Source of the DNA: Setoptus koraiensis
Lineage: Eukaryota; Animalia; Arthropoda
Assembly: GCA_048013815.1 (NCBI GenBank)
Contig: CM106586.1
Location: 10,044,001-10,107,718, forward strand
Direction of reading: 5' to 3'
DNA: 63,718 bases
A model generated the notes under the pieces. The model ran no database searches. It was not told the DNA's origin and saw nothing but the letters and a program-made list of their open reading frames with translations. A program made the position numbers and the translations under genes. Positions 34,001 through 44,182 of the stretch are shown one piece after another (the stretch's first letter is position 1; every line of letters starts with the position of its first letter).

Positions 34001-37000
34001 TCGTGCGCTCTAACGAACGTGCTCAGATTAAACAATTTGCAGCCATGAACATGGGTCCGGTATTGCAAGCCACGCCACAGTCTGCTGGCCAGACATAAAG
34101 CATTCTTGATTTTGGCATCAGTGATGTTTGTTTATCAGTTTGTGTCCGTCAAACAATTGTCGCGGCCGCGTTACGACATTATTTGGTCGCTGGTCCAATT
34201 ATTGTGATTCGGTCATAATTTATGAGCCATAAATTATGACCAAATCGATTCGCAACGGCGTTCCGCTGCTGGTGATACGTTTTTTTCAGACTCAATTTAT
34301 TCCACCAAGCTAACTTTATCACGTGATTCACGTGACGCGAAAATGAGGCTGCGGTCGGTCCCACTTTTGCATTGTCATAGCAATAATAATGCATCATGGG
34401 TGAGATCGTTGCCGAGAAAGCGAGAGAGAGAGAGAGAGGCGGACAAAAACAAAGAACTTGTCAGAGTTTGTAACACAAACTTTGTAGTGCCTGTGCGAGC
34501 CCAGCTATAGCCGAAATGAGCAGATGCCGATATTGAAACGTGCTGTTTGCTGTGATTTGGATCGATTTCCAATACAAAACCGCTGATTAATATCCGACCA
34601 GCCGGCCGCATGCCAACTGCATTCCGCTGCTTCCGGTGAGTGATAGATCATCAGATTAGACACTAACTAACTAACGGGTTGGCATTAAATTGGCTTTGAT
34701 TAGCAGCACAACAATAGTGTTATGTATGTATGTTATGTAGTATACAAGTTATGACATGCTTATTATAGCAGCCTAAGCTGGCCGTCACAACAATGGTGAC
34801 CAGCCAGTCTGCCGTCTAGACAAAGCCAGCCATTGGTTTACCGCATTGATTGCCATTGAACACACATTGAAGAACATACAATATGCATTATACATACAAT
34901 AGCCGGCTGAATAGACAGGCAGACTTACATAACATTACAGGTAGGCAGCAGCAGCAGCATTTACAAATTGTTGCTGATTGTATAATATCATTGGCGCCTA
35001 AGTTTCTTCTTCGATTGTTGCTCGGCTAATTTGATGGCCAATTGATTTCAATTGATTTCAATTGATCTCAACTGATTGATTTTATTGCCATACACACTAG
35101 CATCTTCTCTCTGGCGACTACATACAGACGCTTGGCTGCATTGGCCATAAAGCAGCGGATCAGCGCATCCGGGTTGCGGGCATTACGACAAACAAACAAT
35201 GGTCGCCGGCTTACAATCAATAGACAAATTTGTTGGCCTTCTTGCTCTCTTTACTATTCGGGCATTAGGCAAATTTGTTCAACATGCGCCGCCGAACGAT
35301 GCACAAAAATAGGGAAGAGGCCCATTGACACTGTTATAAATTTTGTGTGTTGTTGTTGTTGTTGGCCCAACTGAATAATACTGCCCTTATATGTGCGCGT
35401 CATGGTATCATGAGATGACGCAATACTAACCACTAATTTAGTGTCCACCAACGATACAATACAACCTGCATACACAATATTGCTGTCATATCAATCTGTT
35501 GAGTTCAAGAGTAGCCTCGTCCGCCGCTAGAGTAACATAAGTAGCCGCCACCATGGTCAATTGTTGCATCCACAAAGCTTTGTGCGCGCATTTCCTATTT
35601 CTCACCGTCTAACCAGCTCGCTAACCAGCCGGCGAAGCGGTGAATGGCCCGCTAGCGAAATAAAAATGAATTGATTTAAACGTGCAGTCTTGCATCTTTC
35701 TTTGTTACAATCACACACACTCACAGTGTTGTAATATGCATACAACGGCCACAATTGCCCACAGCCGCAAGTGCCAACCATGCTTTGATTTTACTTTATG
35801 TATTAGAATAGATACACGCCAACAAAAGAATCCCATCCTAAGAAACTGTGCCCGTTCGACCAGGCGCTGCCGGTATATATTCATATATGCATATCGCTGG
35901 CTAAACGGCCATCGCCAAATTCCAACAAAATCATCCGACAAACCAATAGACCAATAGAAGCAAGATCTATCTATCTGCTGGTGTGATTCTGCCGGCTCGA
36001 GGGTGACTAATCTAAGCAGCATGCCCCCGTTGGCCGTTCTGGCGCTTCTTTTTCTCGCCACTGCTCGTTGTCGCTACCGCTACTGCCGCGGCAAGTAGCA
36101 CCTAGTGTAAATGAATGCACGCCGGAGCACCGCAACTTTGACGACAACATTAGATGGCGAGACCACTTGTTGGCCGACTTGTGAGACTTGTGTGTCTAGA
36201 CTTGCGGTAACAGCGTCATGATCATGAATGGAAAACCAGAGAACGCTCATCGATTCCCATCGAGTTGAAAACATGAAACATACGAATGGAATCGGCAGGA
36301 ATTAGAATACGATGTTATCATCATCATCATCGTTCTAAATTGCGCCGGCGCAATTGTACACAATAATTGTTGCAATATGCTGCGCTAGTCAGATGTGTTC
36401 TGGCCAACATTTCGGCTTCGCTCCAACTGAACATTTTGTCCCCTTTCGGTTCGTCTCGTCTAGCTTCTTTTCTTTTCGTCTCGTTTCTATTCTTTGCGTC
36501 TCGTTTCGTTTCGCTGCATTGACCGGCCGCTGAATGGTAGCCAATGCGACTGTCCGTGCCTGTACTAAACAGCTAATGTAATTACTGAAATTCCAATTCA
36601 AATGAATTGGAGTCAGACGAACTGGAGAATAATACACACAAAATTGTGTATAACACATGTACACATATAAGATGCGGCCATTCAGTGTTGCTCGCTCATA
36701 GCGATCAACTTCAAATCAGAATACAATCAATTGGTGCCAGGAAAAGCCTCAAATGAGTGCCATGGGATAGGAGGCCAATGGAGAATAGCCTCTCAGGCTT
36801 AACTCGTCATGAATAGACAGATAGATAATAATGGTAGCTTATGGTCAGTTGGCAAGCGGCTATCACCAGTCAGCTGGACGGGATACATCAACGTGTACTG
36901 TATTTCATTTTCAAACATTTGCTCGACCTACTGACGGTGTTGTGGGCCACAGTTCATAGAATGGATTGGATTTCGTATGACGAGTATTTCAAGTGCCGAG

Positions 37001-37873
37001 AGCACAGGTGCGCAGCCCTGTTCGATGAAGCCTTGAGCACTCATTGCTGAGACGAATCCATTTGACATTCGATGCTGGATTGGTTATCTGAGTGATTGAA
37101 ATCGATTAAAACAAGATCGGCAATAAATAGAAAGCAACTAGCGCGTCCGTGACTGTATTTTGATTAATTGGCGTCGCTCAATTAATGTTTTGGATGGTCT
37201 TGAATTTTTGCAACTGAGTCATTTGCGAAAATTGTGACGTTGCTGCTCGTTCGCCACAAATGACTCGTCTGGTTACATGAAATGCACGTTGAATCTCTCT
37301 ATACACTGTATACTGTGCGTGAAATGCATCGTCGACGAGTATCATGCATAAATGAACAAAATGGATCCCCTGACTCTCCGTAGTGTGGGCCCATGGAACG
37401 ATTCCCACTATGGAGCCGCATTGGGCCACCTAACAAGCCAAATCGGCTCAAACTGGCGCGAACTGGCGATTGTTGGCTACATTAACTGTTGGCTACATTA
37501 ACTGTAGGCTGTGTTTGGTGGACTTACCTTGCAGTGGCGCAAATGTGCTCGCGTCCGGCGTTGACGTTGATTGTTGCGGCTGCTGCTGCTGATTGGTGCT
37601 CGATGGGCGATGATAATTGATTGTGGACGATTCGCTGAATGCTGTCGCCTGATCAGCTGGTGCTGTTGTTGCTGTTGCTGCTGTCGTTGTCGTCGTTGTT
37701 GGTGACACGCTGGTGGTGGTTGGTGACATGCCGTTGGTGGTTGGTGAGTGGTGTGAGGAACAAGTGACCCATCTTGGCTGCATGTTGATATGCGAACTGA
37801 GTGCGACCAGCAACAACAGGCCCGCGCTGGCCAGAGCTGCCGATCTGGATGCTGTTCTCTTGTTGGCGGCCAT
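2922..37873 (-). CDS. Spliced gene: secreted Q/T/S/N-rich protein with one C-terminal chitin-binding peritrophin-A (CBM14/ChtBD2) domain, CPAP1-like, ~2045 aa. Model: complement(join(2922..4058,4318..7152,20535..22354,37528..37873))
   Basis: Four long minus-strand ORF segments joined by GT-AG introns with matching phases (1,0,0). Donors are all GTAAGT; acceptors are CAG, TTTTTAG, CAG. N-terminal signal-like segment and a C-terminal 6-Cys CBM14. Extra small exons cannot be excluded. Confidence 0.72.
4318..7152 (-). CDS. Exon 3 of the CPAP1-like gene (945 codons, mucin-like low complexity)
   Basis: Acceptor ctatttttag|AAT (phase 0), open frame matching ORF 4243..7113, donor AAAGAC|GTAAGT at 4318/4317. 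Confidence 0.8.
8743..8803. repeat. 11-bp tandem repeat (GACTATGATAY x~3.5) bracketed by an 11-bp perfect inverted repeat
   Basis: ACTCCCATCAT (8743-8753) and ATGATGGGAGT (8793-8803). Confidence 0.85.
8922..8952. repeat. Perfect inverted repeat, 15-bp arms, 1-nt spacer
   Basis: ACTTTCGGCTCGAAA-G-TTTCGAGCCGAAAGT. Confidence 0.95.
9399..9467. repeat. 16-bp minisatellite x~4.3
   Basis: CTGATAAACTGAACCT units. Confidence 0.9.
10109..10173. repeat. 14-bp minisatellite x4.6
   Basis: CGAGCCTTGTAGCC units. Confidence 0.95.
10645..10744. repeat. 19-bp minisatellite x5.3
   Basis: ATTTGCTTTCGAAACGACG units. Confidence 0.95.
11633..11731. repeat. (GTT/GCT)n trinucleotide microsatellite
   Basis: ~33 triplets; source of the spurious poly-L and poly-Q ORFs. 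Confidence 0.95.
12109..12231. other. Two adjacent hairpins with ~17-20 bp stems
   Basis: CTCACATCAGGTATCAG / CTGATGCCTGATGTGAG (12109-12163) and TGATATAATATCACTGG / CCAGTGGTATTATATCA (12189-12228), each 16/17 complementary. Confidence 0.8.
15670..15705. repeat. Perfect inverted repeat, 15-bp arms, 6-nt loop
   Basis: CAATATCTCAGATAT-CTGGTA-ATATCTGAGATATTG. Confidence 0.95.
16571..16686. repeat. (AAC/GAC)n microsatellite
   Basis: Mixed AACGAC/AAC run. Confidence 0.95.
17885..17954. repeat. 12-bp minisatellite x~5 containing CACCTG
   Basis: GCTCACCTGTCG units. Confidence 0.9.
18119..18198. repeat. 24-bp minisatellite x3.3
   Basis: GAATGAGATTTGACTGTGTCGYTT-like units. Confidence 0.85.
18904..18973. 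repeat. 16-bp minisatellite x4.4
   Basis: CTCACACTGYAATACA units. Confidence 0.9.
19729..19765. repeat. Perfect inverted repeat, 15-bp arms, 7-nt loop
   Basis: CGTTCTCTCAGTTCG-AGAGCCG-CGAACTGAGAGAACG. Confidence 0.95.
20535..22354 (-). CDS. Exon 2 of the CPAP1-like gene (~607 codons, Q/N/T/A-rich)
   Basis: ORF 20523..22397; branch-like CTAAC at 22426-22422, then no AG until AAG CAG (22359-22355, phase 1); donor GAG|GTAAGT at 20535/20534 (phase 0). Confidence 0.75.
26026..26115. repeat. 10-bp minisatellite x9
   Basis: CATTATGCGA grading into CATTATGTGA. Confidence 0.95.
28173..28226. other. Hairpin: 15-bp perfect stem plus 6-bp inner stem
   Basis: ACCTGTGCTCACCTG / CAGGTGAGCACAGGT with inner ATTGTG / CACAAT. 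Confidence 0.85.
29300..29372. repeat. Degenerate 11-bp minisatellite x~6.5
   Basis: GACGATATCCA-like units. Confidence 0.85.
31516..31611. repeat. 24-bp minisatellite x4
   Basis: CGACTGCTCGCCGACGACGACAAC units. Confidence 0.95.
32471..32513 (+). pseudogene. Possible tRNA-derived 5'-half remnant (tRNA-Ile(AAT)-like D-arm/anticodon region); no T-arm
   Basis: CTCAGTTGGTTAG followed by cGCaTGGcG..AATACGC resembles the eukaryotic tRNA-Ile sequence AGCTCAGTTGGTTAGAGCGTGGTGCTAATAACGC (from memory). The D-stem is broken and there is no B-box. Confidence 0.2.
36021..36098 (+). CDS. Candidate 25-aa smORF MPPLAVLALLFLATARCRYRYCRGK, antisense within intron 1
   Basis: ATG at 36021, TAG at 36096-36098; hydrophobic core, A-T-A cleavage motif, two Cys, terminal GK. 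No expression evidence. Confidence 0.2.
   Translation: MPPLAVLALLFLATARCRYRYCRGK
37528..37873 (-). CDS. First coding exon of the CPAP1-like gene (signal peptide plus T-rich segment)
   Basis: MAANKRTASRSAALASAGLLLLVALSS hydrophobic leader; donor CAAG|GTAAGT at 37528/37527 (phase 1). The frame is open upstream to 38230, so an earlier ATG is possible. Confidence 0.65.
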
Positions 37874-38994
37874 TGCGAATGGCGCTTGGCCCACAAGCTT
37901 GCTGTTTTTGTTGTTGCTGACAGTGTGTTCGGCTATTCGGCCAATCTTTTTCTTCTTGTGGGCGCACTCACAAATGTGGCCACGCTGGCGAAATATCCGC
38001 TGCAAATCATTATTATCTTTACTGACTTTGACTCTGATTATTTTACACGTATTGTCGCTGGCGATGGCACGGCAAGAGGGCGACAGGTAATTGCTGGGTA
38101 TGCGTTGCTTCATGTTGCTGTGTTGCTCTGCTGGCTTGCTGCTGTTTGGCCTCTTTGGGCCACTCGTTGGCACTGTGTCTTGGGGCCTGTGTGGCTGCTG
38201 CTTCTTGACGAAGATTCTTGAATTGATCAATCGGCGCTGACGATGTTAATTAATCAACTATCAATTGATTAACTGCAACTGATTCCACTAATTAATGAAG
38301 TTACTTATTATTAACTAATTAACTCCAACTGACTCTAATTAATCACTGAATTGAATGACGAACTATTTTTCAGTCGCTGACCGAGCGTGTGCAATCCTTG
38401 AATCGAACTAACTCTGTTTGTGCGTCTGTCTATCTCGGGCCCATTGTTCCACTGGCCGTGTGACGAGCAATTCGGTAGTAATTCGACTAAACTTGTGCGC
38501 TGCGCTTGCCAACTGCTGACTGCTTGCTGCTCATGGTGCGCGCCTCACATTATGACAATGCGCAAATGTGTGCGTGCGTGCAACAAGCTCTATCTAATCA
38601 GTGCAACAATTGGTGTGTGTGCGTGTGTGTCTCTGCAACAACAAAATGGCGACAAAAATGGCGCCCACTATTGACTCTCTAACTCTTACGGTCTCTTGAG
38701 CTCTCTTGTGTTTTCTTGCTCGCTGTTGCCCAGCTCGATCGATTGGTGCGCGCGCCGCTGTCGAACTTTTTTCTTGCCACGCTGTCTGTATCACTGTGTG
38801 TCGTGCTAACGTTCGCTAACGTTACATGTGCGCAAGTTGTGTGTGTGTGTGTTGTCGTGCCAGCGTGAACCAGGCAAATGAGTGGCTCTGAACCAGGCGA
38901 ACAAACCGCTGAGCGAACAAACGGCCAACGAACAAACCGCTAAACGAACAAACGGAGAAACGGCAGCGGAGGGGGAAGCGAGCCATGTTTCCTA

Positions 38995-39093
38995 TTTGTG
39001 CACTATTTGTGCACTGTCTGTGCACCGCTTGTGCAACGTTTGTGCACCGTTTGTGCAACGTTTGTGCGCCGTTTGTGCAACGTTTGTGCAACG
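38995..39093. repeat. 11-bp minisatellite x~9
   Basis: TTTGTGCAACG / TTTGTGCACCG units. Confidence 0.9.
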
Positions 39094-41037
39094 GACGGCG
39101 TCTTGGCGACGCCTCCTTCCCCTTCCTCCAGATGGGCGGCGCATGCGCCCTAGGGCGAGCGATGCAACACACAGCGACCGAAAGCGGACGGCGGCGGCGG
39201 CGGCGAGACAGGCGGGCAAAGTGCGGCAAGGATTGCAGAAAGTTTGCGCCAGTTGCAAGTTGCGCCAGTGTTGGCGAGCTTGTGCAAGCCAAGCCACAGC
39301 GACATCTGTTGGCGAGCGGCCACCAGTGGCGGGCGCCAAACGGTAGCCGGGGTAACGAGCAACAAGTTGCAGTTGCAGCTACAAGTTTTTCACTACTGTG
39401 GCCTACAATTACTCTTTATTTACAAGCGAAAAACTTGTAAATAGAGCAACTTTCACCGTTGCTCTCTCACCTACTGCCAGCAGTTTGCTACTGGCCACAC
39501 GAAACAAACGAGGCGCCATTGGAATGGTCGAGTGCATAAATCCGGTCCGATGTGCGTCCAATCGATTTGTTGTTGCAATAGCGCTGATGACGTTGAGAGC
39601 ATCTCATAATAACGAGCGACTCATGCGTTGTGCGTCTGGCCAATAATTTCATTACTGCCATAATGGCCTCTATTACAGATGGCGTAATTGCCGGACAATG
39701 GTGCCGCTGTGCAGGCTGTGTGGCGCGCACAGGCAAACCGTTGGCCAGTGCCGATAATTAATCAGCTGGAATCGTAACGGAAATGGGAAAGCGAGGCACA
39801 GTCGGCTGCGAATCAAATCTGTGCGACTGGATACGCAAATTTGTTGCGTTGCTGGCCCTCGCTTCTGTGCTGGCGCCAATGCGATACTGCCAACTCGATA
39901 CTGCCAACTCGATAGTATCAACTCGATAGTATCAACTTGATACTATCAAGTTGATATCGCTGCTAATACAGGCTGCATAATGGCGTACAATGGCATGTAA
40001 TGCCAGCGCCAAGCTACCTGTGCTGAGCGATGCCAACAGGTTGCCAACGAGCGACAGCCAGACATGCTGGCAACGGCGCCCGTTGCTGCACAAATGTGTC
40101 ATTGCGTCTTGTTATTGTTTCAGCGAGCTCGTTTCGGCAAGCCACCGGCACCGGCCAGCGAGCGGCCGAGCCGGTGGCCATGTGGCGGAAACAGTCATTG
40201 TTGCGTAATGCGATGCTGGTGGTTCGCCCGCTCTCGCCGAGCGAGCGGCTCTCGCCGAACGAGCGGCTCTCGCCGAACGGACGGCTCGCGAGAGCGAATG
40301 CCAACGAGGGCCGGCGCAGACGAAATGATTGATTTCGGCTTGGCAGTGCGACGGACAAAAATAGAGGGAGTGCAAACGACGAGCATATCTGCTCACAATG
40401 GCCCGCGATACTGGCTCACAATGGCCGGCGATATCTGCTCGTCACAACGGTCGGCTCGGCGATAATGTTATGTAATGTTATACAATATTGATCATGCTCA
40501 TTGGGTCGGCCGCAATGCCGGCTGCCGATGGTGGCCCGAGCGGCGACGCCGCCACAACAATGCAGGCACAACTGTAATCGGTCATTGCACTTGAGGGACT
40601 GGCGGCCGGCCAGCCCGGTGGCCGGCAATTCTGGCGGCCACCGGCCAACAGGTAGCGAGGGTGTAATTTGGGCGAGTTCTTACAGTGTCGGCAAACTTGA
40701 ATGTTTGCACACAAATTCAATCATCTGGTGAGAGTCATTAGTTTGCTAATGGCAGCCATAATGCAATAATGCATAATGGGCACTCATTATTTCGTATCGC
40801 CTCGCTGTGTCGCGCTCGCCGTGTCGCGCTCGCTTGTCTGGCGCTCGCTTCGCTGGCGCCGATGAAACCAAATGCGCACCAATATTGAGTCGAATATTGA
40901 TTTTGTTGATATTGCGCGATATTAAATGATCGCGCAACCTTCATCGCCGATTAACAGCCGAGTGCATCGATCGCACAGAGACACTTGTTGCGCTCGCAGC
41001 GCCGAGCTCTGACAGACGGCCAAACAAGCCGCACGCA

Positions 41038-41114
41038 CAATTGGTTAGTCACAATTTGCGTCCGCGCAATTGGTTAGTCACAATTTGCGTCCGCGCAATT
41101 GGTTAGTCACAATT
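41038..41114. repeat. 29-bp tandem repeat x2.7
   Basis: CAATTGGTTAGTCACAATTTGCGTCCGCG. Confidence 0.95.
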
Positions 41115-43523
41115 GAGCGAGAGCGCAAATCAAGTAAACAAACGGGTTTAAATAAACAACGAGCCGAGAACAATAAATCATGTGTCAATTAGTGCTCGCT
41201 CTCGTGTCGCTGTTGTCGCTGCTGTCATGTTGTTAGGGCGATCGCTCGAAGCAACAACAATGACAACGACACCGGCTACAATTATCGCGCCGTTGTCAGC
41301 TCGTCGTGGCCATCACGACCAACTGGCCCGCTGTGTGCGCGCGCGACCGCCCCTTGACACGTTTACGATTGCTACTCCACTTTGTTTGCCCAGTGCCCAT
41401 GCAAGGCTCGCTTGCGCGGCCCGCCGCCGGCAGTCGAGTCAATAATTCGTCTGATTACATTGCGACTCATTGCGCATATTGCGTCTATCGCGCATATCGC
41501 GCATGTCGCGCATGAATCGCGTATGTCGCGTATGTCGCGTATGACGGCGCTAAATTATTAATTATTCCAATGCGAGCACGCAATTGGAATAAACTGGACT
41601 GAGCGCGCTGCACGTACCGCCAAACGTGCTGCCGTGAGTGACAAACTGGCTGGTGGTCGCGCGCGCCTCTCACCTGGAGTCGCATTCTTGTTCGGTGTCC
41701 CATTCGCAATTGTCAATGACACTCGCTCGTTGTGTGACAAGCGCTCATTGTGCCAACACACATATGCAAATATGAGCAGTCATATTTCAATTTGCATGCG
41801 AGTTGCAGCGCCAAAACAATGGCCCAACAAGCGGCCACAACGACGAGCGGGCGGACAAGACAATCTAATTGACAGTTCTCGACATCGAGCGTCTGATTGA
41901 CGTCTTGCTCACAAGTTGTGAGTCACAAGTTGCGACTCGCAACTTGCGAGTGAGACCGCGCAACTTGCGAGTGAGACCGCGCAACGGCCCACAATTGCGT
42001 CTGTGTCCATTTGCGACGCTCGCGACACTTGCGACAGCTGACGGGCGTCGCAGCCCCGTCTGGCTCGCTCAACTTGAGCGGCTCGAGCAAGTTCGATCGC
42101 CTTGGCATAACTCGCGAGTGACAAAACTTTTGTCACAAAAGCACAAAAATGATAATGCCAAACCGTTGCTGGCTTGCGCGGCGCCATGTGGCGGTTGGTG
42201 GTTGCTGTTGTCGTTGTTGGTTGTGCGACAAGAAACAAAGGATGTTGCGCTGGCTGGCTGTTGTGAGTCACATGGCCAACGAGTGCCGCGCACTCTCGAA
42301 TTTGTCAAGCTCGCCGAGGCCGACGCAGCTAGACACTTGTTGCGGCAACGGGCCGTTGTTGGCGACAAGAGTCGCTCGACAAGCTTGTGCGGCGTGCGCC
42401 TATGCCAGTCTGGGCCAACCTGCCAAATCGATAACGGTCGACGATGAATCGGCGTCATGTGCTGGCCCGACGACCCGCCAGACGGGCCACATAATTCCAT
42501 ACTGTTCGACCGGGACGCCGAGATCATTTTTCGTTTTTTGTCACCGATCCAGCCAAAATGAGCGCTCGTTTTGGCCGCTCATCTCGATCGCTCACAGTCT
42601 GCGAGTCACAGTCTGCGAGTCACAGGCGACGAAACTTGTCGGTTTAGTCGCTTATGAGTGGCTGCAAATCGAGCCCAATTGCGAATGGTGGTCGCGCACA
42701 AGCCGGCAAGCGTCGCCAACGATGCTCTCGGCGCGCCCGGAACAGGGAAATGGCAAATTGGCGCTCATCTGCGGGTCGCACGCTCACGCAGCGCCCATCG
42801 AGCGCCTACCTGGCCACTGTGAGCGCCTACCCGGCAACCCGATAGTATCGACTCGACAGTATCGACTCGATAGTATCGAGCGACTGACGAGCAACAGGCG
42901 AGCGCTGCAACGAGTGCCCAGGTATCGGCATTAGGCTTGCTGTTGCCCGTTGTGTTACTTCCTCGCGAAATTTCGCCCGCTGAGTCGCCGATCGCGGCCT
43001 CTGTGTGCAAAGGAATAATACGATACATCCAATTGTGTGTTCCATGCGATTCGATGGCGGTCCCACTGGCAAGCGATTGGCTGTTTGGCGCCTGCCCATG
43101 CTAAACGCGCCAAATAATGACATACCTGGCGACAGTAATCGCCTGTCCCACGTTCAGCGTCTTGGCACACGTCGTCGTCGCAAGTGCCGGCGAATGTCGG
43201 CAAGTGCCGGCGAATGTCGGCAAATATCGGCGAATATTATCGAATATTGGCGAGCACTGGCGAGCATTGGCGAATATCGGAAAATATCGGCGAGTATCGG
43301 CAAATATCCGCGAGTATCCGCCAACGCGAACTCGTCACAAATTGGCCACTCTCACACACTGGGCCGAACGGCACTGGCGTGCCGGGCCTGGCCAGCGAAA
43401 GTGTGTCATTATCAGCGTCATGCCCGCAGCGCCGCCACTCGGGCCGGCCGCGACAACAGGTGCCAGGCTTGCCGGTTGTTGCGTCCGCGCCGTTCGTTAC
43501 CTGTGCTTTGTTGTGCGCGCTTC

Positions 43524-43573
43524 CTCTTGCCAGCTCTTGCCAGCTCTTGCCAGCTCTTGCCAGCTCTAGCCAG
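43524..43573. repeat. 10-bp minisatellite x5
   Basis: CTCTTGCCAG units. Confidence 0.95.
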
Positions 43574-44098
43574 TTGGCCATACCCGACCAACTAGTAAGT
43601 TAACTGGCAAGCTAACCGGCGAGTCAACTGGTGAGCTACTGTGGGGCGCCCCATACCTCTCATTATGAGAGTCTCGTGCGCTGTGTGGCTCACTGTGGAC
43701 GCACACTGATCGGACGGGGCTCGCACGGTTGCGTGGCTCGCCGTAGGTCGCGCAAAAAACAAAATGAAAAAATAAAGATCTACGTTCGTAACAATGAGAC
43801 GCAATGTGAACTTCATTAGCCCGATTGGTGGTTGCAGTGTGCCGGCGATGGTCGGCCGTCATTGTCAAGTTGTCGCTGGCAAGCAGGATGTTGCCGTTGT
43901 CCGCTTGACATTGCAGTCGGCCTGTCACATGGCTCGCTGCTGAACATGTCGCTATTGAATATTTCGGCGCCTGTCGCTTGCCGTCGGTCGATTTGAATCA
44001 ACTGACAGCTGCCGACAATTGTCTTGGCTGGCATCTCAAATTGGCTAATTAATTTCCATCTGCAGTGAGTTATGACTCGTTGGCCAGCGGCCATCGAC

Positions 44099-44182
44099 AG
44101 AATGGCCGCTGACAAGAGCCGCGAGAATGGCCGCTGACAAGAGTCGCGAGAGCGGCCGCTGAGAAGAGTCGCGAGAGCGGCC
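44099..44182. repeat. 25-bp minisatellite x3.4
   Basis: AGAATGGCCGCTGACAAGAGYCGCG-like units. Confidence 0.9.
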
